From assembly GCA_049968235.1 (NCBI GenBank), contig JBMFRC010000004.1:1-64000 (forward strand): a DNA stretch of 64,000 nt, read 5' to 3'. The position numbers and the translations under genes were made by a program. This stretch comes from Candidatus Hydrogenedens sp. GTDB lineage: Bacteria > Hydrogenedentota > Hydrogenedentia > Hydrogenedentales > Hydrogenedentaceae. Position 1 is the first letter of the stretch. Every line of letters starts with the position of its first letter. Shown in pieces: positions 48,757 to 58,688 of this stretch. The notes beneath the pieces are model-generated. The model did not search any database and was not told the DNA's origin. It was given only the letters and a program-made list of their open reading frames with translations.

Positions 48757-50364
48757 ATGGCGAGTGACTCCACGGATATAAAAGCAGGCACGATTTTATT
48801 TAATGAAAAAATCATAAAGGATTTAATTCATCTTTTAGCCCAACAAATTGTTAATGATAATGATGTTGAAGAATTGGCTTTCATTGGAATACTGCGGAGA
48901 GGTTATCCTTTGGCAAAACGAATTGCAGAAGAAATTTTTAAGATTTGCAAAGTACTCCCGCCAGTAGGGGCGGTCTCAACAACACTTTTCCGAGACGACC
49001 TGAGAATAGGTCGTGGGGTTGTTCAATCTCATGGGACAACACATTTTTCCTTTGATATTAATCAAAGGACAATTATCCTTGTAGATGATGTTTTAGCAGC
49101 GGGGCGAACAATAAGAGCGGCAATGGACGAAATCATGTATTATGGCAGACCTAAAAAAGTACTGCTGGCATGTTTAATAGACCGTGGCGGAAGAGAAATT
49201 CCCATTCAACCCTCTTATTGTGCATGGAAACCAACCCTTGAAGCAATACCTCAAAACTTATGGATTTCTGTCTTGCTTAAAGAGACCGACGGAAAAGATA
49301 TGGTAATCATAGAAGAACAAAAAAGTAAGGCAGAAACTCCATTGCAAGAAGTTTCCACAAAGGAACCGGTGTTTAGTGCGGACCATCCTGTATTGAAGAT
49401 ATGGAAGCACAAAGACTTATTAGGTTTGCAATTTTTATCTAAAGATGAAATTGTCTCTATACTGGATATGGTTCCACCTTTTCTTGAAGTCATGGCACGC
49501 AGTACAGGTATAAAAAAAGTGCCTTTATTACAAGGGAGAGTAGTTGTTCACTGGTTTCATGAACCGAGCACAAGGACCTTCGCCTCTTTTGACTTAGCAG
49601 CGAAAAGATTAAGTGCAGATACCCTTTCCATATCAGCAGCAAGCTCCAGTGAGAAAAAAGGAGAAACACTTCACGATACTTTGTATAACATTGAAGCAAT
49701 GAAAACGGATATTCTTGTGGTAAGACATCGCTACTCAGGTGTGCCAAAACTTTTAGCAGATAGTCATCCTTCTCATGTAATAAATGCAGGAGACGGGCAA
49801 CACGAGCATCCTACACAAGGACTATTAGATGTTTTTACGATGAGGCAGTTCTATCGAAATCATAAAAGGGATATGAACATAGGACTGGAAGGGGCTAAAG
49901 TTTCGATTATTGGAGATATAACTCATAGTCGGGTGGCAAGGAGTAATATCTGGGCATTATTAAAATTAGGTGCTCAAATTACTCTTTGCGGACCTCAGAC
50001 TTTATTACCAAAATCCTTTGAAAAATTAGGTGTAAGGATTACAACGCACCTGAAAGAGGCACTTCTGGATGCGGATATAATTTATTCTTTACGGATTCAG
50101 ATGGAAAGGCAAACCAAAGGTTTGTTCCCAAGTATTCGGGAATATGTCCGTTTGTATCGTATAGACCGCGATACCATTCGATATGCACCGGAACATGCAA
50201 TTGTTATGCATCCGGGACCTATTAATCGGGACATAGAATTAGCAACGGAAATTGCAGATAGCCCAAGGAGTCGAATATTACAACAGGTTAGTCATGGTGT
50301 CGCTGTTCGCATGGCGGTTATGCATCTATTAGCCAATAGTCAATACAACCAGAATGGAGTATAG
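48757..50364 (+). CDS. In-frame fusion of the PyrR regulator / uracil phosphoribosyltransferase domain with aspartate carbamoyltransferase catalytic chain (PyrB).
   Basis: The PRTase motif is IILVDDVLAAGRTIRAA within the first 180 aa. It is followed by the ATCase motifs STRTFASFDLAAKRLSAD and HPTQGLLDVFTM. The start is more likely ATG 48757, which has an AGGTGA Shine-Dalgarno, than the track's GTG at 48748. Confidence 0.75.
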   Translation: MASDSTDIKAGTILFNEKIIKDLIHLLAQQIVNDNDVEELAFIGILRRGYPLAKRIAEEIFKICKVLPPVGAVSTTLFRDDLRIGRGVVQSHGTTHFSFDINQRTIILVDDVLAAGRTIRAAMDEIMYYGRPKKVLLACLIDRGGREIPIQPSYCAWKPTLEAIPQNLWISVLLKETDGKDMVIIEEQKSKAETPLQEVSTKEPVFSADHPVLKIWKHKDLLGLQFLSKDEIVSILDMVPPFLEVMARSTGIKKVPLLQGRVVVHWFHEPSTRTFASFDLAAKRLSADTLSISAASSSEKKGETLHDTLYNIEAMKTDILVVRHRYSGVPKLLADSHPSHVINAGDGQHEHPTQGLLDVFTMRQFYRNHKRDMNIGLEGAKVSIIGDITHSRVARSNIWALLKLGAQITLCGPQTLLPKSFEKLGVRITTHLKEALLDADIIYSLRIQMERQTKGLFPSIREYVRLYRIDRDTIRYAPEHAIVMHPGPINRDIELATEIADSPRSRILQQVSHGVAVRMAVMHLLANSQYNQNGV

Positions 50365-50367
50365 GTT

Positions 50368-51702
50368 ATGAAAATAGTCATAAAAAACGGTTGGGTCATT
50401 GAGCCTTCATCCTGTTTCTCAGGGAAAACCGATATTGGAATAGAAAACGGGGTAGTTTCGGCGGTGGGGTCTAATTTAAAGGGTGATATTTATATAGATG
50501 CAGAGGGTATGGTAGTTGCACCGGGGTTCGTAGATATTCATGTTCATTTTCGGGAACCCGGTTTCGAGTCGAAAGAGACTATTGCCACCGGAGCAAGAGC
50601 ATCGGCTCATGGGGGTGTTACTTCTGTTATTACGATGCCCAATACAATGCCCCCGATTGATAATGCAGGAATGGTAGAATTAGTAGTGAGACGAGCACAG
50701 GATTTGGATGGCATCCACATATACCCTGCGGCTTGTGCAACAAAAGGAAGGGAAGGAAAAGAATTAACCGAAATGGCAGATTTACTTCAATCCGGTGCTG
50801 TGGCAGTAACAGATGATGGTAATGATATAGAATCTTCATCGGTATTACGCCATGTTCTGGAATATGCGGGGATGGTGGGTATCCCCTACCTTGCTCATTG
50901 TGAGGATGAAGCACTAAGTGAGGGAGGGGCTATGAATGAAGGGATTGTGTCCGCACTTTTAGGAATACCAGGTATTCCACGTGAAGCAGAGGAAACACGA
51001 ATTGAGCGAAATATTCGACTTGCTAAATTAGCGAATGCTCCTATTCATATTCAACATGTTACTACAAAACGAGGAGTAGAAATTATCCGACAGGCAAAGA
51101 AGGAAGGAATTTCTGTAACCGCAGAAACCTGTCCCCATTATTGGATGCTAATAGACAGTCAAATTGAAAATTACAATTCAAATATGAAGATGAATCCGCC
51201 ATTACGCGAAAAAGAGGATGTTGACGCAATAATTGCAGGACTTCAAGATGGAACTATTGACTGTATAGCGACAGACCACGCTCCTCACACACGGACAGAA
51301 AAAAATGTCCCATTTCAAGAAGCACCTTTTGGGATTGTCGGTTTAGAAACATTATTGGGGTGTGTAATTAAAGGACTGGTAAAACCTGGGCACCTCAGTA
51401 TTGAAAAGGCAATTCAACTTTTAACAAAAAATCCTGCCAATATCATTAAAATCAATGCAGGAACTCTTCAAATAGGTGTTCCTGCGGATATTACAATTTT
51501 AAATCCTGATGAGGAATGGGTTGTTACAGAAGATTTTTTCTATTCTAAAAGTTCCAACTCGCCATTTATCGGAACAAAATTATATGGTAAAGTAAAAATT
51601 ACTATATGTTGTGGGAAAGTACTGTACGCTGACAAAGACATAACCTTGCCCGATGGATTATCTATATCCCCTACTTTTTTATGTAATAAACTTTTAATTT
51701 AA
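50368..51702 (+). CDS. pyrC: Dihydroorotase.
   Basis: 444 aa. DIHVHFREPG carries the metal-binding HxH. A carboxylated-Lys region and DHAPH are present. It starts 4 nt after pyrR-pyrB. Confidence 0.85.
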   Translation: MKIVIKNGWVIEPSSCFSGKTDIGIENGVVSAVGSNLKGDIYIDAEGMVVAPGFVDIHVHFREPGFESKETIATGARASAHGGVTSVITMPNTMPPIDNAGMVELVVRRAQDLDGIHIYPAACATKGREGKELTEMADLLQSGAVAVTDDGNDIESSSVLRHVLEYAGMVGIPYLAHCEDEALSEGGAMNEGIVSALLGIPGIPREAEETRIERNIRLAKLANAPIHIQHVTTKRGVEIIRQAKKEGISVTAETCPHYWMLIDSQIENYNSNMKMNPPLREKEDVDAIIAGLQDGTIDCIATDHAPHTRTEKNVPFQEAPFGIVGLETLLGCVIKGLVKPGHLSIEKAIQLLTKNPANIIKINAGTLQIGVPADITILNPDEEWVVTEDFFYSKSSNSPFIGTKLYGKVKITICCGKVLYADKDITLPDGLSISPTFLCNKLLI

Positions 51703-51716
51703 AAATATAAAAACAC

Positions 51717-51755
51717 AGGAGCCTATTATTCGCAATGAATAATAGGCTCTTTTAG
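51717..51755. terminator. Rho-independent terminator after pyrC, bidirectional with the convergent oxidoreductase gene.
   Basis: GAGCCTATTATT-(CGCAATG)-AATAATAGGCTC, followed by TTTTAG. Confidence 0.6.
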
Positions 51756-51771
51756 AATAAATTGTTTTTCT

Positions 51772-53169
51772 TTATGCCTTTTGTTTACGGTCGTAAGGAG
51801 GTTCTAAACTCCAACCATTTAGATAGGGACGATATGCCCAGGCATTTCCTTTCTTTGTTGCTTCATCATCACCGATAAACCGTTCATTCGCAGGGTCCCA
51901 TAACAATCTTGCACCTGCTACATAAGCACAAGTTCCCATATGACATACACGGGTTGTATTATGAAGAGTCTCAACCGTAACTATAGGGTCCTTATTCTCA
52001 CGGATAGCATCTACGAAGTTTTGCCAGTGTGGCTCATTTAATTGAGAAGGACCTGATTTCTTGGGTTCGCAACCGTCATTATTTGGTACAGGAATAACTT
52101 CATACCCACCACGGTCCACGCGAAGTGTTCCTAATGTGCCATGGAACAGGATGCCATGGTCTGAGTATCCCTTCGGCAGATACATATTATAAACTCTATT
52201 TGTGAAGGTTAAAATGTAATCATCAAACTCCCAGACTGCCTCAAGAGTATCCGGTGTTGTTCTGTTATCTGTGAGTATATACTTCCCTCCAACTGCTGTT
52301 ACAGATTTGGGCTGTTTTTCCTCACCCATTCCCCAGAGAGCAATATCAATAAGGTGCGCACCCCAATCTGTGATTTTCCCTCCGGAGTATTCAAGGAACC
52401 ATCGGAAATGATAAATCCACCGATTGGTATTAAAGGGGCGATGTTCTACCCAACCTTGATGGAAATCCCAATCCAACCCTTCTTTTTCCCACTTTGCCTG
52501 GTCATTATCTCCCAGACCAATACCCTCAATAGATTTATCTTCATGGTTAAAAGTTTCGACATGGGCAACTTTACCGATATAACCACTTTTGACCAATTCA
52601 ATGGCTTCTTGAAAATGTTGTCCACTTCTTTGCATGGTGCCACCTTGGAAAATAACTTTATTCCGACGCACTGCTTCTACCATCTTTCGCCCTTCCGCAA
52701 TTGTTGTGGAAAGGGGCTTCTCACAATAAATATTTTTCTTAGCATCTGCGGCATATAATACACAAAGGCAATGCCAGTGGTCAGGAGTTGCAATTACAAC
52801 CGCATCAACATCTTTGTTGTCTATAATTTCACGAAAATCATGGTGCATGGTAAAATCAGAATATTTCTGTTTAACCATCTGGGCTCCGCGTTCAAGATTC
52901 TTACGATACAAATCACATAAGGCAATCGGTTGAATATCATCTCTTTTTAGAACAAAACCGAGATTGGAGCGTCCCATACCTCCCGTACCAATATGTCCCG
53001 TCCTGATTTTTTCATTGGCACCTAATATTTTGGAAGGGAGAATTGATTTATAAACCTGTGCCTGTGAAGTGCGAGTTAACGCCGAACCTACTGCAAGCCC
53101 TGCAGTAATCTTTGCCGTTTTCTCAATAAAACTTCTACGGCTTACTTTCTTATTTGGTTTCTCTTGCAT
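51772..53169 (-). CDS. Gfo/Idh/MocA-family oxidoreductase with a twin-arginine signal.
   Basis: 465 aa. The Tat motif is SRRSFIEK with the cleavage region ...SQA. The Rossmann fold reads IGTGGMG. It resembles the GH109-like family. Confidence 0.75.
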   Translation of the reverse strand: MQEKPNKKVSRRSFIEKTAKITAGLAVGSALTRTSQAQVYKSILPSKILGANEKIRTGHIGTGGMGRSNLGFVLKRDDIQPIALCDLYRKNLERGAQMVKQKYSDFTMHHDFREIIDNKDVDAVVIATPDHWHCLCVLYAADAKKNIYCEKPLSTTIAEGRKMVEAVRRNKVIFQGGTMQRSGQHFQEAIELVKSGYIGKVAHVETFNHEDKSIEGIGLGDNDQAKWEKEGLDWDFHQGWVEHRPFNTNRWIYHFRWFLEYSGGKITDWGAHLIDIALWGMGEEKQPKSVTAVGGKYILTDNRTTPDTLEAVWEFDDYILTFTNRVYNMYLPKGYSDHGILFHGTLGTLRVDRGGYEVIPVPNNDGCEPKKSGPSQLNEPHWQNFVDAIRENKDPIVTVETLHNTTRVCHMGTCAYVAGARLLWDPANERFIGDDEATKKGNAWAYRPYLNGWSLEPPYDRKQKA

Positions 53170-53329
53170 ATTAATAAACTCCTTATATAATGGATTTGTT
53201 TGTTTTATTTGAAATTCAAAATTCTTATGTAATTTAGAAAAAATACACTTATCTAAAAATATTAGTTATATTAAACAAGATTATTAGTATAATATATAAA
53301 AGGAATCTATTTCTAAAAGGAAATTACAT

Positions 53330-56302
53330 ATGAAACAGTTTATAGCAAAAATAATTATTGGACTTCCCCTTATACTATTAATAATTGTTTCTTTCTCATG
53401 TCCCAAAAATCCTTCTGATATTCCTTCTGAGTCGGGTAATACCCAATATATTGAAGGTAATTTAGATGAAGGAGAAACCGAAGGTATTTTTGAAGGGGAA
53501 GTAAAATTTACAAGTGCTGGAGTCCTGAACAACCGTAATTGGGAATATACTCCTACGACTACAACTGATGTCTCTGAAGGGAATGAAGGGGGAGAAAACA
53601 CAAGGGAATTGGTTGAACCGGATGTCTATCGTAGACTAAACAATATCCTTTTTGTACTAAATCAATATCGCGGTTTAACACTTGTTGATTTAGATAATAA
53701 ATCAGTTATTTCTAATGTCCCTATATATGGTTATCCACGAGATTTATATGTGGTAGATAATAGAGCCTATGTTCTGATTGGTTATACTGTTCGACACACT
53801 ATCGAGGATGGGATTATAAAAAAGACCACAGGGTCCCAATTGTATATTGTTGATATTGGGAATCCGGAGGTCCCTAAAATAATATCTGCACTAACATTAC
53901 CTGGAGATTTTATTGATAGCCGAATGCTCGGCGATGTTTTATATGCTGTAACTTCAGATTATCAATATTCATATATTGAAGATGCGACAGAAGGTGGAAA
54001 CATTTCTTCAAGTGCCACATGGACAAAAGAAGCAGGGAGCAAATGCTGGATAACCAGTGTCAATATAAAACAAGAGGAAAATCCTTCAATAACCGACCAG
54101 GTTGAATTTCCAGGTTATGGAACGGTTATTCAAGCATCAACTTCTTCAATATATGTATGTGCTTCCGATTGGAATAACAACTCTACTCAACTAACTTATA
54201 TAGATATAACAAACCCTTCCGGTAAAATTGAATCCTATTCTCTGGGAACTGTTCCAGGGTATGTAGCAGACCGTTTTAAGTTAGATGAATGGGATGAAAC
54301 ATTACGCGTGGTTTCAAACACATGGTGGTCTGAACGGCATACTTATTTAACTATTTTTGATGTTTCAAATCCTTCACAAGGATTTCCGCAACTTTCTCAA
54401 ATAACAATTCCTGATGCTCAAGGTGAGACATTATATGCAACTCGGTTTGCAGGACCATTAGCCTATTTAGTTACTTATTTAACCATAGACCCATTATTTG
54501 TTCTCGATTTAACTGACCCCTCAAAACCCGAAGTCAAGGGACAATTAAAGGTTCCTGGATGGTCTGTCCATATAGAACCTATTGCAAATAATCAACTTAT
54601 TGCATTAGGCATTGATGACACGGAAAATCAACGCCGTGTTAAAGTAAGTTGGTTTGATGTTTCAGCCCCGAATAATCCCGAAGAAAAGTCGGTCGTTTCT
54701 TTAGGAGAAGGCTGGACATGGTCTTCCGCATTCAGTGATGTAAAATCATTTGCAATTCTGGGGAATCTTGTTATTGTTCCATTTAGCGGATGGAATGGGA
54801 ATGAATACAAAGAACAATTGCAATTTATTGTGTTAAATATGGAGAACCAGCAACTTATGTCCCTTGGTTCTGTAGATATGAAAGGGCAGGTATCACGAAC
54901 AATTAAATATAACGACCTTTTCTATGCTATTACTTCAGAATATATTCATGAAATTCAATGTGATGGAGTAAATCCTCCTGATTTAACAAATAACAGTATT
55001 CTCCTCGTTGAAAATGTGGCCGATGTTATGGAATTGAGTGCAAGTGGTGTAGTTATGGAAATCATAAACCAAACGGAGCAAAAAAATATAGGAATTCGGT
55101 TAACCGAAGGCAACACTATCTTCAGTTCTATTTCTATTGAAACAAATGGCTGGCTGATGGATACAATAAAAGTCTCTAATAATGCAGTGGCCCTGGTTAT
55201 TAACGAGTGGTCGCAAGAGCATTCCTATGAATCTTATTATAGGGTGGTTTTTGTAACTATAGATGAAAATTTTATGCCTTCGATATTTAAAGATATTAAA
55301 CTTCCATTAGCACCGTATTATTCTTATTGGGGATGGTGCCGGGGATGTGATTATATGCCTGTACCAATGCCCGAGAGACTTACCAATAATATAGGTTCTG
55401 TTGCTTTATCTGAAGGTATATCTTCTGATTCTCAAAAAGTGATTGCACCCTATTATTGGTGGTATCCCATAACGAATACGAAACCTTCTATGGTTTGCGG
55501 TAATTATCTCGTTTTAAGAGGTTGGGGGAACTCGTATGAGTATATAATTGGCAATCAGACTACCCCTTATGATGGCTTTGCAATTCTAAATCTGGATAAT
55601 CCTGAAGATATTAGAACTGTTGGACTGGGGTATAACAATATCGTTTCGCTTTTAGAAGCCAGTGGAAAATTATTCCTTACCTTACAAAAAAATGTGAGTT
55701 CCGAAAATGATTATTATCCCCTTGTTGCTTATTATTTGGGCGAAATAGATTTAATTTCTTTAGAGGAACCTGACTTTGCTAATATTCCGGGAATATTACA
55801 GTCTTCTAATGAGCAAGGAAACATACTTTTCTTGAAAGATTGGCAATATAGTTCGACAGGGAATTACTATGACTTTGAACAATGGATACACAGTATTCAA
55901 TGGGAAAAGAATAAACCCGTAAAAATAATTGATTCTTACAAGTTACCGACAACATGGGGAAATGTCAGGATTAATTTGCCTTATCTTTTAGTACTAACGG
56001 GATATGACAATCTCGTTCTTGAAAAGATAGATATTACTACAGATGGCAGATTCGTCAGCCCTTGCAAAACAAAGATCGGAAATGTATGGGGGGATATTTT
56101 GGGAATGACTACAAATCATTTATATCTTTCTCTTGATGGAGCATCTGTATTGTTAATGAATTTAGGTTATGGAGAAAACCCAGTAATGAATAATATCTAC
56201 CCCATACCTAATTACCCTCAAAAATTCAGAGTGGGAAAACTTGGTATATATATTGTATCTGGTTACTCTGGATATATATTCTTACCCTTTCAAATTTTAT
56301 AA
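53330..56302 (+). CDS. Large secreted, possibly lipidated, beta-propeller-domain protein.
   Basis: 990 aa. The signal peptide ends VSFSC, a weak lipobox. An N-terminal acidic EGNLDEGETEGIFEGE segment follows. Long beta-rich repeats are consistent with the Beta_propel-type family. Confidence 0.5.
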   Translation: MKQFIAKIIIGLPLILLIIVSFSCPKNPSDIPSESGNTQYIEGNLDEGETEGIFEGEVKFTSAGVLNNRNWEYTPTTTTDVSEGNEGGENTRELVEPDVYRRLNNILFVLNQYRGLTLVDLDNKSVISNVPIYGYPRDLYVVDNRAYVLIGYTVRHTIEDGIIKKTTGSQLYIVDIGNPEVPKIISALTLPGDFIDSRMLGDVLYAVTSDYQYSYIEDATEGGNISSSATWTKEAGSKCWITSVNIKQEENPSITDQVEFPGYGTVIQASTSSIYVCASDWNNNSTQLTYIDITNPSGKIESYSLGTVPGYVADRFKLDEWDETLRVVSNTWWSERHTYLTIFDVSNPSQGFPQLSQITIPDAQGETLYATRFAGPLAYLVTYLTIDPLFVLDLTDPSKPEVKGQLKVPGWSVHIEPIANNQLIALGIDDTENQRRVKVSWFDVSAPNNPEEKSVVSLGEGWTWSSAFSDVKSFAILGNLVIVPFSGWNGNEYKEQLQFIVLNMENQQLMSLGSVDMKGQVSRTIKYNDLFYAITSEYIHEIQCDGVNPPDLTNNSILLVENVADVMELSASGVVMEIINQTEQKNIGIRLTEGNTIFSSISIETNGWLMDTIKVSNNAVALVINEWSQEHSYESYYRVVFVTIDENFMPSIFKDIKLPLAPYYSYWGWCRGCDYMPVPMPERLTNNIGSVALSEGISSDSQKVIAPYYWWYPITNTKPSMVCGNYLVLRGWGNSYEYIIGNQTTPYDGFAILNLDNPEDIRTVGLGYNNIVSLLEASGKLFLTLQKNVSSENDYYPLVAYYLGEIDLISLEEPDFANIPGILQSSNEQGNILFLKDWQYSSTGNYYDFEQWIHSIQWEKNKPVKIIDSYKLPTTWGNVRINLPYLLVLTGYDNLVLEKIDITTDGRFVSPCKTKIGNVWGDILGMTTNHLYLSLDGASVLLMNLGYGENPVMNNIYPIPNYPQKFRVGKLGIYIVSGYSGYIFLPFQIL

Positions 56303-56308
56303 AAAGTC

Positions 56309-56557
56309 TTGAATTCGTCTATGGCATTTGTATTAAAGTCAAAAACAATAAAGTGTCCAAATTGTTTCTATGAGGGAAAAGCAAAAGTTGAAGAGACAGG
56401 TTGTGGGTTGTGGTTACTTTTGTTAGTCGTTTTGATAGTATCTTTTAGTTTCCCACCATTGTTTATTGTAATCCCTCTGATGTTTTTATGGTTATTGCTA
56501 AAACCCGCTAAACAGATATGTCCTCGTTGTAAATATCCTTACCCTATATTTAAATAA
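56309..56557 (+). CDS. LITAF-like membrane-inserted zinc-ribbon protein.
   Basis: 82 aa. CPNC and CPRC knuckles flank a hydrophobic stretch of about 40 aa, which is the LITAF/SIMPLE-like architecture. It starts 7 nt after the beta-propeller gene. Confidence 0.5.
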   Translation: MNSSMAFVLKSKTIKCPNCFYEGKAKVEETGCGLWLLLLVVLIVSFSFPPLFIVIPLMFLWLLLKPAKQICPRCKYPYPIFK

Positions 56558-56577
56558 GTAGAAACCTCATCTAAATC

Positions 56578-57729
56578 TCAGGCGGGCATGGAGTTTAATG
56601 CGGTAGATTTGCTTTGCTCTTTTCTTTTGTCCTTGTATTCATCCATCAATTTTGTAAATCTTTTGAAGAGATACCTGCTATCATGGGGACCCGGAGATGC
56701 TTCTGGATGATATTGAACGCTAAAAACGGGTAATTCTTTGTGACATAATCCCGAACAGGTCATATCATTAAGATGAACATGAGAAATTTCGACTTTTTCT
56801 AAATCCAACGACTTAGGGTCAACGGCAAAACCATGATTTTGAGAAGTAATCTCTACTTTTCGTGTTTCCATATGCATTACTGGCTGATTCGCACCCCGAT
56901 GTCCAAATTTTAGTTTATATGTTCTTCCACCGAGAGCATGTCCAATAATCTGATGCCCCAAACAAATTCCTAAAATAGGAATATTATTTTTAATAATTTC
57001 TTGGACTATAGGATAGATGTAAGTCAGGGCAGATGGGTCTCCAGGACCATTTGATAAAACAACCCCATCAGGATTATATGATAGAATCTGTTTGGCAGGC
57101 GTAGTTGATGGAACGACTACTACTGAACAATTATGCTCTTTTAACAATCGTAAGATATTATATTTTACCCCGAAATCCATAACTACGACACGATATTTAG
57201 TCCTTTCAGGAAGTTCCCATTCATAAGGTTGGGATATGGTGGCTTCTTTAACAAAATCACTTCCTGCCATATCCGGTGCAGATTTTGCTTTGTTAAGAAG
57301 GGATTGGGGATTTGAATCCACTGTGCTAATAATTGCTTTCTGGTTCCCTTTTGTTCTTAAAATACGCGTAATTTTTCTTGTATCTACCTGGTCTATCGCT
57401 ACCACATTATATTTTTTGAGAAATTCTGGAAGTGACATTGTTGCACGCCATGAACTGGGCTGAAAACAACATTCCCGCATTACAAAGCCACGGGCAAAGA
57501 CCGAACGGGATTCCACATCCTCTGGATTACATCCATAGTTGCCAATATGGGGATATGTCATTGTAATAATCTGACCTGCATAAGAAGGGTCGGTAAGAAT
57601 CTCTTGATAACCCGTCATACTCGTGTTAAAAACCAATTCTCCGACTGCTTCTCCTTCGGCGCCAACGGACCTCCCCAAAAATACTGTTCCATCCTCTATT
57701 ACCAGAAGGGCTTGTTTCTCCTCTTGCAT
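56578..57729 (-). CDS. carA: Carbamoyl-phosphate synthase small (glutaminase) subunit.
   Basis: 383 aa. GICLGHQ carries the catalytic Cys. A type-1 GATase His/Glu region is present. The N-terminal CPSase small-chain domain is present. Confidence 0.85.
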   Translation of the reverse strand: MQEEKQALLVIEDGTVFLGRSVGAEGEAVGELVFNTSMTGYQEILTDPSYAGQIITMTYPHIGNYGCNPEDVESRSVFARGFVMRECCFQPSSWRATMSLPEFLKKYNVVAIDQVDTRKITRILRTKGNQKAIISTVDSNPQSLLNKAKSAPDMAGSDFVKEATISQPYEWELPERTKYRVVVMDFGVKYNILRLLKEHNCSVVVVPSTTPAKQILSYNPDGVVLSNGPGDPSALTYIYPIVQEIIKNNIPILGICLGHQIIGHALGGRTYKLKFGHRGANQPVMHMETRKVEITSQNHGFAVDPKSLDLEKVEISHVHLNDMTCSGLCHKELPVFSVQYHPEASPGPHDSRYLFKRFTKLMDEYKDKRKEQSKSTALNSMPA

Positions 57730-57917
57730 GTTTTTTCCTTTGTGTGATTTTTAGTTATAATACATTCTATAATATTAGCATTGTATTATATAAAATAAAC
57801 ATTTTTTAAGTCGAATTTATTTAACAGAAGATTTTGCGGGTTCTTGGAATTATTTTTTTTATAACTGTGTTTTGTATACTGTGATTAAAAGAACAAATTG
57901 GAGTAAATAAAAAATCT

Positions 57918-58667
57918 ATGAGTCAAACAGAAAAAAAACTAAAAAAGTCGGATTTGACCTTAGAACTACTTGGAGTTCCAAGAACTATATTCAAAAAGAT
58001 TAAAGAATGTTCCTCTATAGCAAAATCACCTCCAAAAGATATATCGTATATATGGATAAAAGTATCCGGACAAGACATAAATAAAAACACGAAGGAACAA
58101 TGTAATCGATTAAATCTTGATGACTGGTTAAATATTGTTGATGAGGCAGTTTCTGAGGGAGCCAATTGGCTTGTGCTAACCGTTCATGTTCCTATAGACC
58201 AAATGAAAGAGGTTATCGAAATATGTCAATGGTCTCAAAATACCTATAATATGAAAGTAGGTTTATTTTTATGTAGAGAAAAAATTTCTACAAATGAAAT
58301 AAAAATTCTTAGCAGTCTAAAAAAAGAATTAACACAGATTTTTGTTAAAAAGAAGGCTCTTGAACAATTTAAAAAATTACGAGAAATGGGATTGTTTTTA
58401 GGTATTGCAGACCCTCAAAAATATGGAGACAAACCTAATTGTGAGGGAGCGTCAAAGTTACTCTATGTTGACAATGACGGTTCTATTTATACCTGCGGTC
58501 TTGTATCAGGAATGAAAAATTACAAATTGGGAAATATATACGAAAAAAAATTTCAGGAAATAGTAAAAGACCCATCATTACCCCATAGCGTAGAAGAAAA
58601 AATTCATAAAGTAAATGAAGGCTGTGATGGCTGTCCCTCTCTGTTAATGAAATACCTCAAAAAATAA
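57918..58667 (+). CDS. SPASM/twitch-domain protein lacking the radical-SAM CxxxCxxC triad.
   Basis: 249 aa. The C-terminal C-x17-(DGSIYTC)...LGNIYEKKFQEIV...CDGC matches the SPASM/twitch pattern. The N-terminal 170 aa contain no CX3CX2C. Confidence 0.45.
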   Translation: MSQTEKKLKKSDLTLELLGVPRTIFKKIKECSSIAKSPPKDISYIWIKVSGQDINKNTKEQCNRLNLDDWLNIVDEAVSEGANWLVLTVHVPIDQMKEVIEICQWSQNTYNMKVGLFLCREKISTNEIKILSSLKKELTQIFVKKKALEQFKKLREMGLFLGIADPQKYGDKPNCEGASKLLYVDNDGSIYTCGLVSGMKNYKLGNIYEKKFQEIVKDPSLPHSVEEKIHKVNEGCDGCPSLLMKYLKK

Positions 58668-58688
58668 GACCCCCATAATCCACTTGGG

